This document shows positions 31,983 through 41,500 of a stretch of DNA of 64,000 nt, piece after piece. The stretch lies in the NCBI GenBank assembly GCA_024181965.1, contig BQXS01012745.1:1-64000 (forward strand). The letters are read 5' to 3'. The position numbers and the translations under genes are program-made. Numbering within the stretch: position 1 is the stretch's first letter; each line of letters begins with the position of its first letter. The notes beneath the pieces were generated by a model that had not been told where the DNA came from, did not search any database, and saw only the letters and a program-made list of their open reading frames with translations. The stretch comes from Aduncisulcus paluster (Eukaryota).

Positions 31983-32309
31983 TTAAAAAAACTGCTCAAG
32001 AGTTTGAGCGGAATGAGTTGGAGGGACAATAGCTTTCAAAAATTCAAGATCTGGCCGAGAAGCAACGGCTCTACTAACATGTTCATAACTAATTCGAGTT
32101 TGACCAGAACTTGATGCTTCTGATAAAGAGGCAGAGGCGAGATAAGTTGTGAACCAACCAGCAAGTCCATTGACAATATGAACAGCTTCAGAACTCATAA
32201 TGGCTGTGCTTGGATCCGATTTCATGATTTTTTTGGTTTTTGCAAGAGGATATGGTTTCAGCCCGGGTTGAGATTGGATAGAACTTGAGCTACTTGTTAT
32301 TGGATCCAT
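31983..32309 (-). CDS. H2A-like histone-fold protein (CHRAC1/POLE4/NF-YC class), copy 1
   Basis: YPLAKTKKIMKSDP...SSEAV...ISYEHV...LEFLKAIVP. Confidence 0.75.
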   Translation of the reverse strand: MDPITSSSSSIQSQPGLKPYPLAKTKKIMKSDPSTAIMSSEAVHIVNGLAGWFTTYLASASLSEASSSGQTRISYEHVSRAVASRPDLEFLKAIVPPTHSAQTLEQFF

Positions 32310-32353
32310 GTATAATATTCAATGTATTACTATTATAATATTGACTTAAAAAT

Positions 32354-32680
32354 TTAAAAAAACTGCTCAAGAGTTTGAGCGGAATGAGTTGGAGGGACAA
32401 TAGCTTTCAAAAATTCAAGATCTGGCCGAGAAGCAACGGCTCTACTAACATGTTCATAACTAATTCGAGTTTGACCAGAACTTGATGCTTCTGATAAAGA
32501 GGCAGAGGCGAGATAAGTTGTGAACCAACCAGCAAGTCCATTGACAATATGAACAGCTTCAGAACTCATAATGGCTGTGCTTGGATCCGATTTCATGATT
32601 TTTTTGGTTTTTGCAAGAGGATATGGTTTCAGCCCGGGTTGAGATTGGATAGAACTTGAGCTACTTGTTATTGGATCCAT
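32354..32680 (-). CDS. H2A-like histone-fold protein (CHRAC1/POLE4/NF-YC class), copy 2 (identical)
   Basis: Identical to 31983-32309 and carries the unique upstream region. Confidence 0.8.
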   Translation of the reverse strand: MDPITSSSSSIQSQPGLKPYPLAKTKKIMKSDPSTAIMSSEAVHIVNGLAGWFTTYLASASLSEASSSGQTRISYEHVSRAVASRPDLEFLKAIVPPTHSAQTLEQFF

Positions 32681-32963
32681 GTATAATATTCAATGTATTA
32701 CTATTATAATATTGACTTAAAAATTTAAAACAGAAAGGCTAACGTTATTTAAAATCACTAGAGCTTCCGCTACAGGGAAAGAAGAGAGTTTTATTCATAG
32801 AGTGAGAATGAATAATTTTCTATTACATCTTAGATCAAATATGATATTCTAATTGGCAATTAAAGTTAAAAATAATATTTTCATCCAGCCCTCTAAAAGC
32901 TATTTCTCGTCATAAAAGAAACTTGGGTTTTCTGCGATTTTTTACCAGATTCAATTAATATAG

Positions 32964-34295
32964 ATGGAGCGGGGAAGGAATATCGTTGTTCTAGATAATG
33001 GATATGATACAATTAAGGCTGGTTTTCTCGAGGGTGAACTAAACATTATCCCAGCCGTGTATGTTTTAATATTGTAATAATTATTGCTATTATTAAACTT
33101 TTTTTCTTACTAATTGCACATTATATTCGATTTAAAATGTTTTTACCTTATTTAATTTTCTAGGATTGGTATTCCAAGATATCCTCAGATTCTCCCTTCT
33201 CACAAAGGAACAAAAGAGTTTTATGGTGAAGAAGCCATAAAATATGCCGGAATTTGTCAACTTAAGAGAATAAGAAAACGAGATGGTTCCTTAGATATTG
33301 ATATTCTCGAAAGGTTATGGAAATATATATTTACATCAATCCTTGATTGCGATGTTACTGAAGTGAGAGTTATTGTCGTTGAGAGGATTGGAGCAACCAC
33401 TGTTGAACGTAAAATGATAGCTACTTCATTATTAGTGAATTTGGAAGTTGATGCTATATGTTTCCAGTGCGAAGCAGCCTTACCTTTATTTGCCCATGGA
33501 AAATACACTGGTATTGTCATATCTATAGGTGAAACCCAGTCCTCTGTTGTCCCCGTCATTGATGGGTATGTTAAACCTGATGCAGTTGTTCGAAGTGACA
33601 TCGGAGGACAAGATCTCACAAATTTATTTGCCAGACTTCTTAGAATATCCGGAAAGTATTCTTTCTCATCTCATTCTGATTTAGAAACTTGTAAACAAAT
33701 CAAAGAATTATCTTGTTCTTGTTTATCAAAACCCATTGCCGATGAGATAAAATCACACATTCATGATGATGATTCTTCTCATATTGTATCAATCCAGGAT
33801 CTATTTTTAGGTTCAATGTCTTTTATTGAGTCAAAAACACCACAAATATCATCAAATCTGAAATCAATCCTTGGTAAGACTACCAAGACAGTATCCATTG
33901 GTTCCCGCCATTATGAATGTGGTCCTGAACGATTACTTGTATCTGAAGCATTATTTGATCCATCTCTTTGTGGAAAACCCTGTCTTGGAATTGCTGATGC
34001 CGTGTTTGAGTGTGTTGACATGTGTGATGCCAGTCAAGCTGAGGCTCTCCTTGGATGTATTGTTTGTTCGGGTGGAGGTACATGCTTCGATGGGTTTGGG
34101 CATCGGTTGCTTCAAGAACTTAATACTCATAAGAGAAAAGGACTTCCTATTTCTGTGCACATTGGGAAGAACATGAAAACCGTCGCTTGGAAGGGTGGAA
34201 GTGTCATTGGAGGAGTACTAGAGGAGGAAGAAAGTATGTGGATACTGAAGGGAAGCTCAATCAAGACAGAAATACTGAAGTTCCCGATAATTTAA
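32964..34295 (+). CDS. Divergent actin-related protein (408 aa); exons 32964-33058 and 33164-34295
   Basis: VVLDNGYDTIKAGF in exon 1, then TGIVISIG, VVPVIDGY, DIGGQDLT, ERLLVSEALFDP, SGGGTCFDG and AWKGGSV. Intron 33059-33163 (GTATGT...TACTAAT...TAG). Confidence 0.88.
33059..33163 (+). other. Spliceosomal intron (105 nt) in the actin-related gene
   Basis: GTATGT donor, TACTAAT branch-like motif and TTCTAG acceptor; joins in frame. Confidence 0.9.
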
Positions 34296-34488
34296 AGATG
34301 AAATGACATTCCTATTTGCTATGCCCGAATCCTTCAGGTCATCGAACATTTTAAGTAAATAATTTTTGATATTTATTCTCTCCTCTTATGTAATGTAATT
34401 TTGAATTCTCTAAGCTCGAAATAAATTTATATTATTGAACAAGAGAGATTGTTCAACACACACACACAGAAACAGATTTGACAACTTA

Positions 34489-35712
34489 ATGGATATAACA
34501 TTAATCAAAAAAATATCTGGCTGCACTCATGATGTGTGGTCAATTGATAAACACCCATTCTTGCCAATAATTGCTGTTGGTTGTCGTGACAGTATTCTTA
34601 GAATTTTTCATCTTGAAACAGGGGAATGCCTTCTTGAATACAACCATTCCCCTCCCCCTGAGATCCCACGTGAAGAATTAAAGCCTTATGAACCGTTTAC
34701 AATTAGGAAAGTAGCTTTTTCTCCTCCTGGATTTGGAAAGGATCTTGATTACTTAGTTTGTGGATGTTGGGATGGATCAGCTTATATTTATGATTTGAAG
34801 GGAGCATTTGATGATAATGGACGAGTAGTAGAAGTTCCAAGGGGACCTTTACGAGTCCTTAAATCTCACGGGGATTTTTGTGGAGCTATTGCATTTGGCC
34901 ATTGTCCAATGACCAAAAACCCCATAATAGCGACGGGCGGTGCTGATTCTATCCTTATGATCCATGATTTAAAGACAGATGAAATTTTAGGCAGAATTGA
35001 TGTCTCTCCTGCTGAGTGGATTTCTGACTTAACATTTTGCATTGAATCGTATGCTCTTGTTGCCGCATGTAATGATGGGACCCTTAGAACTTATAATATT
35101 CATGCCTGGAACAAGCGTTATAAAGATATTGAAAAGATCCCTGGACCTTCATCTTATATAATGACACTTACTATTGGATGGTTATCATCAATGTATAAAA
35201 TAGATGAAGATATTGTGTGTGTATGTGGACAAAATGGTATATTTTCTATAATAGATTTTAGTCCCGATTGTATCCCCTCAATTTCATGTCACGTCTGCAT
35301 CGATGATGAACCTTGGTTACGAAGTGTTACGGGTGTTTTAGGAAATGAATACATGTGTAGTGTTGATTGTTGGCTTAAAAAAGCTCATATTATTAATGTT
35401 AAAGAAATTATTTCTGCCTATTCGATTCTGAAAGATGAAGAAGAGAAAGGACATGAATCTGGTTCGTCTGGAAAACCAGACAATTGTTTATTGTATACAA
35501 TGACTCGTATTTTGGATAAAAGTTCGACAAATGTTTATAAAATTTTCCCACTAGCTCATTCCGAATCTGTTTGGTGTGTGGCCGCTTTGGATGAAAGGAC
35601 TATTGCTTCAGCTGGCTGGGACAAAGAAATCGTGTTATCAAAAATAGAAATTGAAGTAGAAATGGAAGAAGAGGAAGAAGAATCAACAGGAGTCTTTGAA
35701 GGAGAAATCTAA
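34489..35712 (+). CDS. WD40-repeat protein
   Basis: GCRDSILRIFH, GCWDGSAYIYD, TGGADSILMIHD, ACNDGTLRTYN, SAGWDKEI. ATG at 34489. Confidence 0.85.
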   Translation: MDITLIKKISGCTHDVWSIDKHPFLPIIAVGCRDSILRIFHLETGECLLEYNHSPPPEIPREELKPYEPFTIRKVAFSPPGFGKDLDYLVCGCWDGSAYIYDLKGAFDDNGRVVEVPRGPLRVLKSHGDFCGAIAFGHCPMTKNPIIATGGADSILMIHDLKTDEILGRIDVSPAEWISDLTFCIESYALVAACNDGTLRTYNIHAWNKRYKDIEKIPGPSSYIMTLTIGWLSSMYKIDEDIVCVCGQNGIFSIIDFSPDCIPSISCHVCIDDEPWLRSVTGVLGNEYMCSVDCWLKKAHIINVKEIISAYSILKDEEEKGHESGSSGKPDNCLLYTMTRILDKSSTNVYKIFPLAHSESVWCVAALDERTIASAGWDKEIVLSKIEIEVEMEEEEEESTGVFEGEI

Positions 35713-36014
35713 CATGGAGAAACTAGTATCAACAATCATTGATAAAAGGGAGAATGAAAATAGGAGGAAGTGAAATAGAAGCCGGTGAACACTCACATCG
35801 TGGTTCCAGAAATAATCTCTCTGCCAGAGAGAGTGCCACTCTCAGTGAGAGAGAGTCTCCCTCTTCTTCAAATAAAACAATAATCCATTAATTTTGAAGT
35901 AAACAAATTTTAAGGCAGAAAAACAGCAATTTCTATATTATTATTCTTCAGAACACCCATACACGGTCAAACGATTGAAATCCGTGTTTCCGTCCACACT
36001 TTTCTCCTTTGAAA

Positions 36015-36929
36015 ATGGATTCAGAAAGAAGATTCGATTATTATATCATTAGTGTGATTGTTTCATTGATCTCTCTAATATTAGAGGTCATTTTCTTTAT
36101 ATTCGCTATTCGCTCTTGGAAAACTAGTCTTGGGCGGAAGTCTCCCCGTCGTGGTGTAAAATTTGGAAGACACATGATCCTCTTTTACATGAGCCTCTTT
36201 GGAAGTGCTGTAACATCGACTATTATTCGGTGGTGTGAGGCTATTTCAGCCAAGAAATTTTCATCTGAATCTGAGTCTTCATTCACATATTCTGCAATCT
36301 ATACATCATTTATGATTGTTTCTAGAGTGTGCGATTGCTTTGTATTCCTTTTCTTGTTCACTCTGTCAGTTTTTTCTTTCTCCAATTTCTTATCTGATAA
36401 ACGCTCGAAGAAACGCTCCGCTCAGAAGCTTATTTCCGTTGTTTTTTTCGTTATAATTGGTATATGCCTTTCGTCAGTTGTGATTTATATCATTTATGAC
36501 ATAGTTCAAAGCCATAAGTATAAGATCGATCCTTCTAGTATCTCCTTCTCAAGTATGGAGGACTCTCCAGGCTTTCATCTCATCTGCAGAATTATCATTG
36601 GGATTGGAATTCAGTCTCTATTGGCCATAGCCACCTGTATATATCTTCTTTATGTTGATATTAGTACCTGTGCACAAAAAGCACGTGCCCAAGATAGTGG
36701 CCTGAAACATTCGACGAAACAACAGCGTTGTGTGTCTTATAAATTGTTTTTGATGGCATTTTTGAATTCCCTCATCTCAATTCCTTATTCTATCCTCATT
36801 CTTAGATCTTCTGATGATGCTCAAGTAACTCTTGGCTGTGATATTGCCCTTGATATCCTGTTTGTGTTGAATTCAACAGTTTTCATTTCCAAATATGATG
36901 AAAACGAAGCCCTTTTGTCATTAGTTTAA
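36015..36929 (+). CDS. Seven-transmembrane (GPCR-like topology) hypothetical protein
   Basis: Seven hydrophobic segments separated by basic loops (RKSPRRGVK, KRSKKRSAQK), and a C-terminal acidic-dileucine-like ENEALL. Confidence 0.65.
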   Translation: MDSERRFDYYIISVIVSLISLILEVIFFIFAIRSWKTSLGRKSPRRGVKFGRHMILFYMSLFGSAVTSTIIRWCEAISAKKFSSESESSFTYSAIYTSFMIVSRVCDCFVFLFLFTLSVFSFSNFLSDKRSKKRSAQKLISVVFFVIIGICLSSVVIYIIYDIVQSHKYKIDPSSISFSSMEDSPGFHLICRIIIGIGIQSLLAIATCIYLLYVDISTCAQKARAQDSGLKHSTKQQRCVSYKLFLMAFLNSLISIPYSILILRSSDDAQVTLGCDIALDILFVLNSTVFISKYDENEALLSLV

Positions 36930-37379
36930 CCTCTTGTTTATTTCTCCGTCTTATAGTATTCCATGGTTTAAATAACCATATATATTATATTCAAATTGAT
37001 TTCTCTTTCATCTAGATGTAATATTTTTATTTTTTTTTTATTTTTCAACCTCAGTTGTGATTCACAACTTGTGAAGCCTTTTCATCAATCAGCAAAATAA
37101 AACATAAATTAGATATTTTTCTTAAATTTCGTCCATTTTAGTGATTACTATATTTTTGATCGATCTATATCATTCAATGATATTAGATCTAATACGCAAA
37201 TTGAATTTGCACGACTCACGCATTAATCGAGTTAAAATGTCCAAATAATCACCTTCATTTTATCTGAATTAATGTTTGAAATTGTTTTTTATCTCTGTTT
37301 CGAATAAGATCTTATATTGTTCCAATGTATTCAACTACGGATAAGATTTTGCTCCCCAACAAATAGATCAGCTCCAAAA

Positions 37380-38228
37380 ATGTCATCTATTGTTCCAGAA
37401 TATCCTGATGGATTAACTCTCCCTTTACTCACCGAAATAATTTCAGGCATTTCCTTTCCTGTTGGAGAAGAAGCTTTTGATATCCCTTCATTTTTCACTT
37501 CATTCAAAGCTCTTGAAAAAATCAAGTATGTTCCTTCCGTTCAACCTCTGAGTGCCACTGAGGACATTGATACCCTTTGTTCGAAGTATGGAGGCCAGAG
37601 ACCATATATCAGCGTGCAGCATCCTTACCCATATTGCGATGAGATGCCTCGTATTTTCTTCTTTCAACTCTGTGTGAACGATATTCCAGAGGATATCAGA
37701 CCTTCTTCTCTCGCCGCAAATTCTATTATTCAATTATTCAAATGTGGCCTTGATGATGGTTTTTGTACAGCATATGACGATAAAGCTGGGACAACAGACC
37801 CAGGATACTTATGCCGTATTGTTCATCCTCTTTTGGAAACAGCCTCATCAGAATATCCTGAAGAGGTTGAAGATGCCTATCCTTGCAAAAAAGTCACCGA
37901 ATTCATTCCTCATTTGGCTTTTCCTGGGTATGATGAATTTTGTGAGCATTTTCCAGATAAGTCATTTGAAATGGAGTGGATATTTGCTTTTTTAGAACAA
38001 CTTGATGAAAAATTTGATTTCTTAGTCGATGGAATTGGTGGGTATGCAAATTGGATTCAAAATGTGGATTTTGCTCCTTGCGATGTTTGCCATTCAGATT
38101 CTATCTTGGTGTATCAAATTGATTATCAGGGCCCCCTTGGATATGAATTTGGAGATGGTGGAAATTGCCAGATTTTGGTGTGTCCTGAGCATGGTGAATG
38201 TGTCAAAATGGTATGGGCTTGTGGATAA
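37380..38228 (+). CDS. YwqG/DUF1963-like protein
   Basis: SKYGGQRPY, FFFQL, GIGGYANWIQ, CDVC, LVYQID, FGDGG and CPEH motifs. ATG at 37380. Confidence 0.65.
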   Translation: MSSIVPEYPDGLTLPLLTEIISGISFPVGEEAFDIPSFFTSFKALEKIKYVPSVQPLSATEDIDTLCSKYGGQRPYISVQHPYPYCDEMPRIFFFQLCVNDIPEDIRPSSLAANSIIQLFKCGLDDGFCTAYDDKAGTTDPGYLCRIVHPLLETASSEYPEEVEDAYPCKKVTEFIPHLAFPGYDEFCEHFPDKSFEMEWIFAFLEQLDEKFDFLVDGIGGYANWIQNVDFAPCDVCHSDSILVYQIDYQGPLGYEFGDGGNCQILVCPEHGECVKMVWACG

Positions 38229-38522
38229 ATCCCACATTTGTACTTTTGTGACAGTTTTGTTAGTTCCTTTTTGACTCTGAGTTATTGATTATGGATTATT
38301 TTTGGTTTGTGGTGAATTCTGGAAATATTAAATAAATTTCAGATGGTAAGATGTTGATCTCGATAGTATTTACAAATACTATTTATTAATTATTAACTCC
38401 AGTCATAAAAACAGATAGAAAATCATGCAAAAGAAAGCGCCCAAACCTGCCATCAACAAAACATACTTCGCAAATAAGTGCAATGCATCAAAAAGTTCCC
38501 TTCCATTCAATATAACCTCACA

Positions 38523-41500
38523 TCACTTTGATGTCTGCAAAAGAAGGAATTTTGGCCAAGCTCTATCTTCTTTCCCATACCAATCGATTATTTCAATACT
38601 CCATCTTGTAGTTATCACTTCAATGCATCTCCTTTGAATCGCACCAGTATTATGAGATGTGATCCCTTGTCCACTTAGATCAATCTTAAAGACACCAGTG
38701 TTGAGAGGAAGTGTTAAACAATAAGAAAAGAAAGAAGGAAGGGATGCATGGGAAAATAAGTTTGAACTTGACAACGATAACGATTCTTGCTTCTTGATCC
38801 ATCGTTTCTTCTCTTTTTCAGTGAGATTACACATTTTCTCATCGAATACTTGCTCCACAACATTATCACAACTGTCAGTGACCATACAGTGAGCACGAAG
38901 AAGAAGTTGACGAGGATGGGACAGATGCGGAGTCATGAACACAATAGAATCAATGTCCACAGGTGTCGAGAAAGCAATATCAATAACCGTCTTGACCCGA
39001 TAATCAGGATGGGACCGGAATTTCATGGAAAGAGGTTTTAGAATTGTGAATGGCAGGGGAGTGGCAAACCGTGGAGCTAATAAACAGGGTGGAGGGAGAG
39101 GGAAAAGTGTTTTAGCACCTATTTCTTTCCTCCGTTTGTAATTCAAAGCTCGAATAAAGAAATCAGGAAGGATTGTAAAACCATTCTGGATGGATTCAGA
39201 GTAGAAAGAAAGTGAAGAAAGCAATGAAGTTGGAACTACCAACACGAATGGAGAACGAGAGAAATGAGAGGCAAAAGAAGAGCAAGAAGGAATCGAAAAT
39301 AATACTTGGTAACAAGTTTTATCATCGTCGGGTAAAATTACCTTTTCTTGCCTTTCAGAGTGATTGAAAGGATAAATATTTGAAGACATTGGTGACAATT
39401 TTATCAATTCCTTCTCAGAATTCCAAATATAAACACCTTTCTCCAATTCCATTTCATCATTTTCGACCGAAAACCACAAGGAACGTAAAACACAATTACA
39501 TTTAACTTGTACGACAACGTGGGAACTTGATTTGGGACATGAAGGAATATGGGACAAAAAGGTTTCCAGGCCAGTGTTATCAACAAAACAATCGCATTCA
39601 TTCCCACGAATATCAGCACAATGAACCTTAATTCTTTGAGTTCTCGGAATAGAATCGCCAAGGGAGCCAATATTAATGGTATAAATATGAGTAATGTCAA
39701 CAATATCATCAATTTTACACAATTTCGGTATTGAATCCTCACTCTTTCTTGTTCTTGGTGGAGCATGATATTCCCGTTCATTGTGAAGCATGGGGCTGGA
39801 AAAGAAAGACTCAAACAGAGCCAACAAAGCAGAAAAGGGAGAAGACAAGGAAATACCAGCAAGTTGAGGGACATATTGTCTACAAGATACACATAACACC
39901 ATCAAAAGCTCAATTATTGAGAACATTTGATTATTTCTTTGGATAGATATCAATTGGGCAGCCTGATTCCGATGTTTTAACTGACATTTAGCACATGATT
40001 GAGAGTATGATGGCACAAGAACCGATGATAATGTCATCCCAACCTTGGAAAAATCAATTAAATCAGAACGAGAAGAAGAACTCGAAGGAGAATCACACGA
40101 GACATCCTTGCTTGCATCTGAGGAAGTTCTGTGAGGCGGAGATGAAAGTCTATCCAGCTTTCTTTCTTCACATTCTTTCCTCTCAGCTTCTTCACAAGTG
40201 GAGCATTGAACTCGTCCACATCGACCGCATACAACCCATTCATTGGCCTTCCTCTTCACTCCACAATGAATGCAATCTGCCCTCTGATTATGCACCGGCT
40301 GAAACTTGATAATGTCGGCTGGGACCAGATCATGCTGTGTGATATAAGGGATAAGGAGTTCAATGTCGTCCTTGGAGAGCATTGAAGAAGTAGATGAGGT
40401 ATCCATATTTAGATCCTTCCTTTGGTTCTCAGATATAATTTGAGATTTATCAGTATGTGTTACCAATCGTCGATCTTTCAGCGATTTCTTTCGTCCAATC
40501 CTCAACCTTTTGTTCAATTCATCGAATATATTGGAATCTACTCCGAGGGACTGACAAACGGCACGAATCTCATTATTCTTCAGAGCATGCGTCTGTGCCA
40601 GGTGAATTATCATTAATATTACAGAATAGAATGATTGAAACAGTATCGGTGGACGAGAAGAAGGTGCAAGAGAAGGTTTGTTCTTCTTTTTGCGCATTTC
40701 TTTCTTCTTCTGCTCCTTTTTTTCCCACACATCCAGACAAACACCACTGGCATGGAGCATAAACTTAGCGATTTGTTTCCAAAATACAGGGAGAGCGGCA
40801 CAAATGTGTGTCAACGAAAGAATACCGAATGTGTGCATCGATATCGTCTCAGAGGAATGATGTTCAGGCGGAACTCTTAGAAGCGCACATATTGTTGCAG
40901 TTAACGAAAGTGAGGAGGAGGCGGGAAGAGGAGAGGGGAGTAATTCAGGGAGAGAGTAAGATTTTGCTGGTATAAGATCACTCTTAGATGTTATCCTATC
41001 TTTTACATCCTTTTCAGAGCCAGATAAAATAACCTCATCCTCAATTTGTTCTCTTTCTTCCTCATCAATTGCACCCAATTTCTTCTTTTCAGAATCACTT
41101 GGTTCCTCGCTCTCTCTCTCTTCTTCGCCATGTTCGTGTTGAAAATCATCAACGATATCTTCAATGGAAGACGATTCTCTCTTTTGAGCTGCCCTGAGCC
41201 TCCGTAAATATGTGATGCATGTTTCATGTCGTGAGAAGGAAGACAATAGACTCGCAGGAGAGAAAGATTGAAGGAGATTTGGCAAAGAAGAGTAAGAAAA
41301 TAGTCGAGGTATCATAGTTTTATCAACTTCATCACCTATTTTATCCATTTTGTGGGTTGGAATGGATAAGACCGAAGCCTTTCCGGTCATCTTACGATAC
41401 CAATCTGTGCCAGCCCCCCCAATGATTCGATGACCAAGAACAAATGGTTTTCCAATGAACAAACTTGCATTATCAGGGATATCCTCAGAAGCAAAATTAT

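Larger units (their letters stand above)
31978..32729. repeat. Exact tandem duplication, 371-bp unit, containing the histone-fold gene
   Basis: Direct comparison shows identity at offset 371. Confidence 0.9.
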
